64,000 bases of DNA from Octopus sinensis. Taxonomy: Eukaryota. The stretch is from the NCBI RefSeq assembly GCF_006345805.1, contig NC_043001.1:44392001-44456000 (forward strand), in the 5' to 3' direction. The notes beneath the pieces were generated by a model. It saw only the letters and a program-made list of their open reading frames with translations, was not told the DNA's origin and ran no database searches. The position numbers and the translations under genes were made by a program. Below are positions 53,400 to 64,000 of this stretch, piece after piece; position 1 is the stretch's first letter, and every line of letters starts with the position of its first letter.

Positions 53400-54190
53400 T
53401 TTGGTATTTATGGGAATAAACAACTTTGCTATGGCCTACCATCGCTTTGGCCTCACAATAAACATTAAAAAAAAACAAGGTCCTTGCACATCTAACCCCA
53501 AACACCATCTTATCAGATTTTGATATTGCAATCTCTGATATACATTTCCAAAAATAAGAGCATATTTCATATCTAGGCAGCCTTTTACCAAACAAGTGCA
53601 CCCCAGAAAAGAATGTGGAACACAGAATTGGAGCTGCACACAGGGCATTTAGAAAGTTAACCAAACGCGTCTTCAACCACAAAAATCTTAACTTAGCAAC
53701 GAAATTTATGATTTATAATGATGTTATCATTTCGACCTTGCTATATGGCTACGAAACCTGAACTCTATATCGTTGTGACATCCAAAAATCAGAGCAATTT
53801 CACCAACAAAAGCTTCGTTCAATCTTGAGCGTCAAATGGGAACACTATGTGACCAATAACAAATCCCCGGAAAGAGCCAACAAAGTATCGAATCGCTGAT
53901 CATGAAACAGGGCATGTAGCAAGAATGCAACAGTCAAGGTTCCCACGTCAAGTCTTATCCAGTGAGCTCACTTCAGGAAAAAGACCATGGGGTTTTCCTC
54001 TTCGAAGACACAAGGACTAACTCAAAACAAGACTGAAAGCCATTGGAATTGAGCCTAAATTGTTTGAAACACAAGCCTGATACCGTACCAAATGGCGGTG
54101 TTCTATCACAATCGGAACCAAAAACTTCGAAGCCATCAGAAGAAAAAAGGAAAAAATCAAACGACAGGAGAGAAAGGCTAGATAAAATTA
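53400..54190 (+). pseudogene. RTE-clade LINE, RT C-terminal relic
   Basis: SYLGSLL...VEHRIGAAHRAFRKLTKRVFNHKNLNLATKFMIYNDVIISTLLYGYET*TLY...EQFHQQKLRSIL.VKWEHYVTN; GHVARMQQSRFPRQVL. Confidence 0.85.
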
Positions 54191-54330
54191 GCCTCATCCT
54201 CCACCAACATTGCAATGCAGTGAATGCTATCGACTCTTCTACATAAAAATTGGTCTACAAAGTCATTAGCGGCATCACCATAAAGGAAGCGTTCAGCAAA
54301 GAAGAATAAATACTCGGATACGAGATAAAA

Positions 54331-54361
<31 letters not shown>

Positions 54362-54469
54362 TTGACGACGATATTGGAAATATATACACTTTATCAAGAA
54401 TTCCTTTAGAATTCTCCAAATGAATTCTTATAATTAAGTGAAGCAAGCTTTACGTGATCTTTTTATAGC

Positions 54470-55180
54470 AAATGTAATTCACAGAAGTCAATTCTCTTTG
54501 CACGTTCGCTCTCAATACTTAGGACGGCTGGGTTGTTCAGTTTTTCCTATGTCATCATGCCCCTTTAGAAGGTCTTGATGATCTCTACTTTGCTGAAAGC
54601 TTCCGCAACAGATGCTGCTGTAAGCTAGCAATGTGCAGGATATTTGCAATGCAATACATACATTTGGGAAAATGTCATTAAGCTTGAACGTTTTTATTAT
54701 ATTTAATAGTTTATGTGGCCCCATATTTTTACCAAAATTTTATGCATGTAATTTCTTAAGGCGCCTTATTTTCTCTAGCATCTTTTCTTAGAGATCGATT
54801 GGGTATTTGTCCAATAATGTTGCATGTGCAAGGTTGAGTTCACCTTCTGTCATGATTCGATATTACCTCAAAACGTGAATCAGTCTATTAAATGCATTTA
54901 CAATATCAAACCGCTTTGACGCTCTGACAATTATAAAGGAAATGTTATTTGAGCCTTCAAAGCTTTTGAAGTGAATTTGTATCTGCACAATAGAACCCAA
55001 ATTGTTTAAAGAAGGCAATACAAACTCTACTTTCATTTAGCTCTACATATTTATGTGGAAAAAGGCTTTACTGCTTCAGCAAATTTGAAGACGAAATACA
55101 AAAGTCGTTTACGAGTGGAATGTGATATGCGACTTGTCTTGACACACTCTCGACTCTGAATCGATGAGCTTGTCAATAAA
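54470..55180. pseudogene. Two hAT transposase C-terminal relics (minus 54470-54900; plus 54930-55180)
   Basis: DIFPNVCIALQI..TL...SFSK...LAVLSIESE on minus. KTKYKSRLRVECDMRL on plus. Confidence 0.6.
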
Positions 55181-55461
55181 CCAATAAATGTAACCAGTAT
55201 AATTAGGTTTTTGCTTGTGTTTTATTTTCAGTTAAAAATATATACTGGATTCTACCAAAAGAGAGAATTTTTTTCTTCTCGGTGACTGCAATGAAGTTAA
55301 AATATGTGACTAATCACTGCTCGGCGCTGATATTGCTATTTTTATCCTAATCACGCGGTCCATTAGCGAAATTCAGTCACTAATGTTGACTGTTTTTTAG
55401 TTGAAGCTACAGCTTTGAACCGGCCCATGTTTATCTCTCGCTCTCTCTCTCTCTTCGGTAT

Positions 55462-55506
55462 TTCCCACTGAAGAAGGCTAAAGAGTCAGAAACGCTCGTC
55501 AGAGAA
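55462..55506 (+). ncRNA. Degenerate type I hammerhead
   Basis: ttccca-CTGAAGA-a-ggct-aaag-agtc-a-GAAAcg-ct-cGTC-agagaa. Stem I is weakened. Confidence 0.55.
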
Positions 55507-55905
55507 TCTGCTAGAAGAGGTACTTGGCAGATATTATTCTTACACATTTTACCATAACAGATTTTTTTCTCCATAGTAACTGCAGTGAATTTGCCTTTAG
55601 AATTAAAAATATATCACAAACATATTTTAACTAGCGTAAAGTTAATATATATATAATATATATATATATATAATATATATATATATATAAGTAGTTCAAA
55701 TTTACAGAAAACAAAAGCCGAAGACAGATGCGAGAACAACAACCAGCTGTATTAGTTTAACGCCCGATAAAAAATGGAAAAGTCTTTGGTGATTCGAGCC
55801 TGCGCTCTTCGACAGAAGGATTGAGAGGAAAAAAATGGAGAGATGCCAAAAAAAAACCAACCAAAAAAAGTAAGAGAAACAAAAATGTGTAGGGATTAAC
55901 GGTTC

Positions 55906-55943
<38 letters not shown>

Positions 55944-55948
55944 TACAT

Positions 55949-55990
<42 letters not shown>

Positions 55991-56203
55991 TTTTATTCTT
56001 TTACTTGTTTCAGTCATTTGAATGCAGCCATGCTGGAGCACCACCTTAAACAGTTTTAATCAAGCAAATTGGCCCCAAGACTTATTCTTTGTAAGCTTAG
56101 TACTTATTCTATCAAGCCCTTTTGCCGAACCGCTAAGTTACGTGGACGTAAACACATCAGCATCGGTTGTCAAGCGATGGTGCGGCAAACACAGGCACAT
56201 ACA

Positions 56204-56401
<198 letters not shown>

Positions 56402-56968
56402 TGCAGCAAGTAAATAGACACCTTGAATTTTCAAAATCTTTTATTTGCTATTAATTTGCTGAAGGAGAGGTTTTCTTCTAGCTTCTAACTGCTCGTCCAT
56501 AATACCCAAGCTTATGCAGATATGTAACACATGTTCTTGGACTAACTTCTAGCTGTTGTGCAATGTCAGAAGCCTTCGAACGGGATTCGTTTTCCACAAT
56601 TCTCTTCAAACAGCGAAGCTTCCTTTTCGAGGGCCCAGGTCGGCCGGGACGAGAATCTGTTGATTCTTTTCCTTCGCTTTTGAATTGCACTACAATTCTA
56701 TTAACAGTAGCAAGAGGAATTTGAAGATTTTCAGCAATTTTTCACTGGCTAAGACCGGCTTCAGATTGCCCAACAATACGACGTCTTTGAAAATCTGACA
56801 GTTCTGCTGAATTTTTTGTGCATGTTATGGTTGCTCTTCGCAAATGTTTAATATAATGGCACCTGGAATGAAAAAAGATAATTACATTGTAAATTCTACA
56901 CCGCTGAAAACATATTAAGACGCTTAGATCAGCAATTTTGAAAATCAAAGGTGTCTATTTACTTCCTG

Positions 56969-56970
<2 letters not shown>
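56402..56970 (-). mobile_element. Tc1-like deletion derivative with TIRs, keeping only the N-terminal DNA-binding region
   Basis: ~36-bp TIR tgcag(c/g)aagtaaatagacacctt..attttcaaaat. Protein ELSDFQRRRIVG...Q*KIAENLQIPLATVNRIV...RPGRP...VSPRTC..YLHKLGYYGR. Confidence 0.8.
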
Positions 56971-57019
<49 letters not shown>

Positions 57020-57039
57020 ATTTGCTTTGTAATAAGCGA

Positions 57040-57870
57040 GAATTTGTCAGAAAGCCTCCAGGAAAGCGAAACGACCCACGTTAAACGACGAAAACAGTGA
57101 AATTTATGGGTAACAGTCTGATGTTTTGAAGATACATAAGTGATTGTTCAAGAAAATTGGTCGTAATTGGCAGTAACTTGAATAGTGCCAAATACATCCA
57201 GTTGCTGAAGGACAATTTGATACCAGACTTGGATGAAGGTGAGATTTTTCAGTATGACGGAGCTCCATGTCAGATCGCGGGCAACACAACAGAGTCTGGC
57301 TGATGGTGCTACCGTATTGAAAGACTGGCCAGCTCAGAGCCCTGACTTAAATATTATCGAGCAAATGTGGACAGAACTAAGGAGAAGAGTTCATCAGAAG
57401 AATTCACGCGATCTTGAAGAGTTGTGAGAGCTCAGCCACAGAGAATGGCTTGTCAAACCCGTGAAGATGGTAAAGGATTTGTACGCATCTCTTCCTAGGC
57501 GCATTGAAGCAATTATTCAAGCTAGGGAAGGTACACGAAATATTAACAATGTACAGTAACTTCTTGAAATGAACATTATGTGATAAATTTTCATTATAAA
57601 CATTTTGCTGTTTTAAAACACTGTATCTTGATTCGTTTATGTGAGTTGGCCGAAAACTTTTGTACGGCCATTTTTGGTGGTCGTCTCGCATCTTCCCTTC
57701 TCATTCGGAACCCCTTCTACAAAATATAATGATTAGGCATGGAAATGACTCCAACGGGGCCAATGTTTCATCTGTTAAAAATGCAATGCGAAACATCAAC
57801 TTATAAGTTGGCAATTAGCAGAAATTCGCAATAGTTAAAAGTGGCCGAAGACTTTTTGGCGAGTGCTATA
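57040..57870 (+). pseudogene. Tc1 transposase catalytic C-terminal relic and right end
   Basis: FQYDGAPC; LKDWPAQSPDLNIIEQMWTELRRRV; LYASLPRRIEAIIQA. TIR-like tggccgaa.acttt at ~57647 and ~57842. Confidence 0.8.
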
Positions 57871-58706
57871 TATATATATATACATGCACACACATACACA
57901 CACGCACAGACACACACACACACACATACACACACACACGCATACACACACACACACACACACACCACACACATACACACACACACGCATACACACACAC
58001 ACACACACACACCCACACATACATACATACATACATACATACATACATACATACATACATACATACATACATACATACATACATACATACATACATACAT
58101 ACATACATACATAATTATATGGTGTCTCTATTTTATCAATCTGTTCATTTGACCTGAACAGACCAATGAAGGTTCCTCATACAATATTACTTAGAAAAGC
58201 CATATTTAAATCCTTCTTAGACTGATTTCGAACACCTAAAACTAGAGATTATATAACTATATCTCCGCCGACGAAACTTTACTGATATGGAAAGGAAGCG
58301 TATTATTATTAAATATTTACATCACCAACTACAGGTGTTGAATGCTACACTCTTTCATTTGTTTATCTACTTGCAAACTGTATGTGAATGTATACACACA
58401 CACAACACACACACACACACATGCATACATACGTACATGCATGTGTGTGTGTGTATTGTGAAATACCATAGTCTTCCTTCGTCTGATAAGATCCAGACGT
58501 CCCTCTTTTTACTTCTATATTCTTTTACTTTTCTTTTTATTTCAATGCAGCATCATAAAAATCTATTAATAAAAGTGTTAGCATAAAATGTATGCAACAT
58601 TTAACATGCCATCTTTCTTCACTCTCAAATATTCTTCTTTTCTCAAGCCACAAATCAATTAAGTCCTACATACATACATACATACATACATACATACATA
58701 CATACA

Positions 58707-58739
<33 letters not shown>

Positions 58740-59559
58740 CCACGTAACTCTGCCAAAGCTCATAAATTACAATTAATTGAAATATACCCAAATTCTTACA
58801 GGAGCCTAACTCCACTTCCTTTTGTCTCGCTTCCTTTCTGTCTTTCTTTCTTTCTGTCTCTTTTCTTTCCTTTTTTTGTGAATATACGTACACAGTGGAA
58901 GCTGTTCATTATAATCCCAAATAACGTTATCAACTGGTTATTGCTATAAAAACTAGTGTGTCACACAAACTTTTATTTGTGTAATGTTATGATCCGATCA
59001 TTGTTATCGAAGAGGTTTTGGCCAAGGTTATCACATTAAACGACTTCCACCATGTTCATATGTGCATGCATGCATGCATGCATGCATGCATGCATGTATG
59101 TATGTATGTATGTATGTATGTATGTATGTATGTATGTATGTATGTGTGTGTGTGTGTATGTATGTATGTGTGTATGTGTATGTATGTATGTATGGATGGA
59201 TGGATGGATGGATGGATGGATGGATGGATGGATGTATGTATGGATGTATGTATGTATGTATGTATGTATGTATGTATGTACGTATGCACGTATGTACGTG
59301 TGCGTCTATTACGAAATCAGGTCCTTGGTCTCTTTGGGGCATAGATCAACGACGAATTCCGGTCCACTAATTCCGGGTCTGGGCCTTCCTCTCCATTTGT
59401 CCCAGCTCCATCCAGATTTCACTTCATTCCCTAAGTTCCTCCACCAAACGCTACATAGCTTTGCCTAGATATCGTGATCATTTGTAGCGTACGAATTAAG
59501 GATTTACATTCTCTCCCCTAGATTCCAAGTTCAGTCATGGGTTGGTATGTATCCTGTTG

Positions 59560-60200
59560 TTCCAATGATAATGGGTATGAAACTGAAAGTGTATCTTGAG
59601 TACTGAATTGGCATTTTTTGCATGTATGTATGTATGTATGCATGTATGTATGTATGTATGTATGTATGTATGTATGTATGTATGTATGTATGTATGTATG
59701 TGTCTCTTCTATTTTTTAATTATTATAAGTCTTCCACTGACGTGGGAGCCGGTTTCCGATAAAGATACAAGGATCCATCTTTGGGATGTAGTTAACACAA
59801 ATTCACATTTGGAACTTGAGAAAAGTCTTGCATATTTTTACTCTTCCACTCACAGATTGTACTTGTAATGTACGAATTAGCCGGTCGATTTCTCTTTCTG
59901 AAAATCCCAGTTTATCTAGATTTTCCTTTAAGCATTTACTAACAAAACCTAGTGCTGCAATTATTATTGGTATGAATATGAATTCATAGTCTGGATATAG
60001 AAGCTGGAGGTTTCGAAGAGGTTGTCCTTTCTTTGATTTTTAAAGAGATATTTATATCTGCAGGGCAGCTGACATCTATGACAATACATACCTTTGCCCC
60101 TCTGTCCCAAACAACAATATCCGGCCTTTTATGTTTACATTTGGCAGCATTTATGATGGGAATATTCCACCAGTATTCCTTGAGTTGGTGTTGATGAATG
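59560..60200 (-). pseudogene. R4/Dong-like 3' fragment
   Basis: KEYWWNIPIINAAKCKHKRPDIVVWDRGAKVCIVIDVSCPADIN. The UTR contains and is flanked by (TACA)n. Confidence 0.8.
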
Positions 60201-61347
60201 TGTTCTATAACAGAGAGATATTCTATGTATGTAGGTATGTATATATGAATGAATGTATGTGGATGCATGTGGATGTATTCATATATGTACGAGTGTATGT
60301 GTATGTACATATTCCAAATATGTATAAACGCACACATATTCATAAGAATAAAAACTAGTTGGTTGTACATACCACGGTTGTAAATAAATATATGTAAACA
60401 AACATGTAAGTAAGCATAAATGCTATCGTGTATGCATGATAGTGGCATTTATATTGTTTATACTGATGTATTAACATGCGCTCATGCACGAGCATGCATG
60501 CGCGTGCGCGCGCAAACATAGACGTTTAATGTATTAATGATTGTCATTCGATACATTCATATGAAATACACTATATCACCTGGAATTAGTTTAGTCACAA
60601 AAGGTAAACATGCACGACGCCCTGTGCCGCGATTGCTGTTGCGATACACACAATGCAATGCGTAGACCTCTTTGCAGTCGCGTTATCTACTAAAAATAGC
60701 AGCAAAAAAAATCTTCTCAAAAATTACATCTTGCCTTCAGGGAAAACGAAGGACACATTGGATAATATAGCCCCGCGTTCGTTTTATTTGTTTCTTTGGT
60801 CTGTCGTAAGAGGCTGTGCCCATGCTCTTCGCATGCCCTCGAAAGCCTGTGAGGTCGTTGGGGTTCAAGTTCCTCTTAAACAGTTTCAAGTCAACGACTG
60901 TAAGAAAAGCATGTGCTGATGGAAGGCGAAGGAATTCTCTAGGGCCTATGCACGCGGTCGAGGTGGATAAAACTAGGCGCAGTGGCTTATGTAGAGTTTG
61001 GGACGGGAAAATGGGTACAATATAGATGATGAGAGAAAGAGAGGTAAATGAAGGTGGTACGAGATTAACTGGGTCCGAAGCGCAGAAGCCACAGTAGCAG
61101 TAGTAAAAATTGTAGACGAAAAGACAGCACGTCTGTTGACCAGATGTTGGATTATGTTGTTTAAAAGAAAAACAAGTTCGTCCCGACTAAGACACCTTGG
61201 ATTTTAAATCCGCTCAATCAGGCTGTCTCTGGGTTAAACAACAACAAAACACGACCATGTAAACACGAATGCTAACATTTCTGACATTGTAAAGGCACTG
61301 AGCATCTGCTTAAATCATCCCAAAATTATTGCACTAAAATTAATGCA

Positions 61348-61766
61348 TACCTATTTCTTTACTACCCACAAGGGGCTAAACACAGAGAGGAAACAAGGAC
61401 AGACAAACGGATTAAGACGATTATATCGACCCCAGTGCGTAACTGGTACTTATCTAATCGACCCCGAAAAGATGAAAGGCAAAGTCGACCTCGGCGGAGT
61501 TTGAACTCAGAACGTAACGGCAGACGAAATACTTATTTCTTTACTACACACAAGGGGCTAAACACAGAGATGACAAACAAGGACAGAAAAATGGATTAAG
61601 TCGAATATATCGACCCCAGTGCGTAACTGGTACTTATTTAATCGACCCCGAAAGGATGAAAGGCAAAGTCGACCTCGGCGGAGTTTGAACTCAGAACGTA
61701 ACGGCAGACGAAATACTGCTATGTATTTCGCCTGGCGTGCTAACGATTCTGCCAGCTCGCCGCCTT
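61348..61766 (-). mobile_element. SINE family B partial tandem dimer with 15-bp TSD
   Basis: TSD actaaaattaatgca at 61333-61347 and 61767-61781. Confidence 0.85.
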
Positions 61767-61836
61767 ACTAAAATTAATGCACAACGACGCTTCACTCACA
61801 GCATATTGCTTTAATATCGTCAGACATTGTATAATA

Positions 61837-62203
61837 CAGTCTAACCTGTAAATAACGAACTCTGGTCAATAACGAATTTTCTCTCTGTATAACGAACTCT
61901 AAAGAAAAGTTCGCTATTGGCAGATTTTCATTAAATAAATATATTTTTGTTTTTGTTATTTTTGTATCGTCTACAACGAAAACACTAACACTTTAAGGAT
62001 CAAGGAAGCACTTTGGATTAATAATCGATCCGAGAGAAGTGAGACGAGATTTTACGCCTTTTCTGCGTTCTTTTTACGCCTTCTACGTCATTTTCCACGT
62101 TTCTACGCTTCTTCTTATCTCCCCCCCCTCTCTCTCAATACCACTGTATTTTGTTACTTGGAGGTTTACCCATCTGCATTGTTGAGGCTTCCAAAACGAC
62201 TAT

Positions 62204-62251
<48 letters not shown>

Positions 62252-64000
62252 CAATACCACTGTATTTTGTTACTTGGAAATTTACCCATCTGCATTGTTG
62301 AGGCTTCCAAAACGACTATTCTTCATATTTTTGTTCTTATTTTTACAGCATTATTAGTATTCCAAAATCTTTAAAGTTTACTTGGAAATGCTTAACAAAT
62401 TATATTTTTCATTTTAAAATTACAAACAAAATAATATACAATCACATGGCGGAACAACATAAGCGGAACGCATATTCTAATAAAACTAAAAAGGAAATGT
62501 TTGATGATTTGAAGAAATACAAAGCTTTATTTGTAATGAAAAAGAGAAACGTACCGAAATCAACAATATCCGAACTTTAAAAAATGAGGAAAAAACATAT
62601 GTACTTATAATGATATGCTTCAATCGAGAAATACTACAGTCAATTAAGACCAAGGTAGATGAATCACTTATTGAAGAACTTCAAAATATTAGATCACTAG
62701 AATTCCTAATAAATAGACATATCATCAAACAAAATGCTCTGGAAATTCCGAAAGAGAACGATGAAAAGGAGTTTAAGGCCAATAATGGGTGGTTTTTTTT
62801 TTTTTTTTTTTTGAAGAAATAATGTTAAATTTAAAACTCAAACGGGTACTAAAGTTGACGTGTCTGAAAATGAAATAGATGAATTTTGTGATAAATTTAA
62901 AGAGAAACTTCTTGAATATAATGCAGAAAATATCTTTAACGCAGATGAAACTGCATTGTTCTACAAAAAATTGCCGACTAAGAGTTATGCTTTTCCTAAT
63001 GATGATAATACAAAATTAAAGGAATCAAAAGAGTGAATTACAGTATTATTGACATGTAGTGCAACTGATGAGAAGTTTAAACAATTTTTCATTGGAAAAA
63101 ATCTTAAACCTCGTTGTTTCAAGAATATTGACATTTCGGAACAGGAACAATACAGCATGGATGACGGAAAACAGATTTTCATTTTACCTAAAAGAAATCA
63201 ATTACGAATTTTTTAAACAACAGAGAAAAATATTGCTCATTGATAACGCAGTACATCACAAACACAAAGCTTTTGAAATATAGAACTTTTTCTTCTACCC
63301 CGGAAACACAACTGCAAATTTACGACCTTTAGATCAAGGGATAATTTGGTCATTCAAGTGCAACTACAATACGATTTTTATTAAAAATTTGGTTAATAAA
63401 GAAAGACGTGAAAGAATCAATTCAAAAGGAACATCATTTTTAGATGGTATTTTTTGGTCAGTCCAGGCATGGGATTCGGTTGTAAAAGAGACAATTGTAA
63501 ATTGCTGGAAAAATTCAGGTCTACAAATACAGAATTCAATGAGTGAAGATTCGCTTGAAAAAACATAAGTTGGATTGACTTTAGAAAATGAGGAATACGA
63601 GCTGCAATACGCACTTAAGGAACTCAAGGAATTAAAATATGATACTGTTACTTTTACTGAACTACAAAATTATGAAACTAGAGAAACAGAATGTTTACAA
63701 GTCAAATGATAAATTCCAAATCTCTAAATAATGATATGGAAGGTGAGACAACTGATGAAGAACAAGTTAATAAAGCTGATTTTAAAAAGTACTTTGAATT
63801 AATCAATGAACTTAAGATTCTCAGTTCAAAGGTTTGACCTACAGGTTTAAAGCACATATTTTCAGCAGAAAAAGATATTAACAGCCTACTTAACAGTAGA
63901 ATAGACAAAAATAGATTTTTGAATTCATGATACCTGCAAAAAGAATCAAGCATCGTAGTTAAGAACACAATTAAGTCTTAAGTTTAAATTTTTACGTCTT
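61837..64000 (+). mobile_element. pogo/Tigger-like DNA transposon; transposase pseudogene ~62446-63975
   Basis: TA|cagtctaacctgtaaataacgaac left end. MAEQHKRNAYS..., FKANNGW, ENIFNADETALFYKKLP, ITVLLTC, LLIDNA, TTANLRPLDQGIIWSFK. Several stops and frameshifts. Confidence 0.88.

Noticed and set aside
62134-62325. 75-bp direct duplication
   Set aside because: Each copy follows a (CT)n tract, consistent with slippage or unequal exchange in the transposon leader.
62446-63975. Domesticated TIGD/CENP-B-like host gene
   Set aside because: Multiple stops and frameshifts and a retained TIR-like end indicate a dead transposon.

Overview
Eukaryotic, AT-rich, microsatellite-saturated DNA with no clearly supported host protein-coding gene. 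Almost all ORFs in the supplied track are simple-repeat artefacts. The tRNA-headed SINE families suggest an octopus genome (inference from recall, not a database search). The window is a transposon graveyard: two dominant SINE families, R4/Dong-like RLE retrotransposon relics, an RTE relic, non-autonomous Helitrons, Tc1/mariner, pogo/Tigger and hAT relics, and MITEs. The main discovery is a set of non-coding elements carrying hammerhead ribozymes (HHRs), mostly inserted in (TA)n. It includes a ~482-bp tandem-plus-inverted array with four HHRs (22224-23840), a 419-bp monomer with 72-bp terminal redundancy and a canonical-core HHR (51295-51785), ~210-bp HHR elements, and HHRs with a compensatory G3-C8 core swap. 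A Penelope-type GIY-YIG endonuclease relic (3765-4348) is the likely mobilising family. Together these point to a retrozyme/Penelope-pLTR system. All folding was done by eye and is untested.
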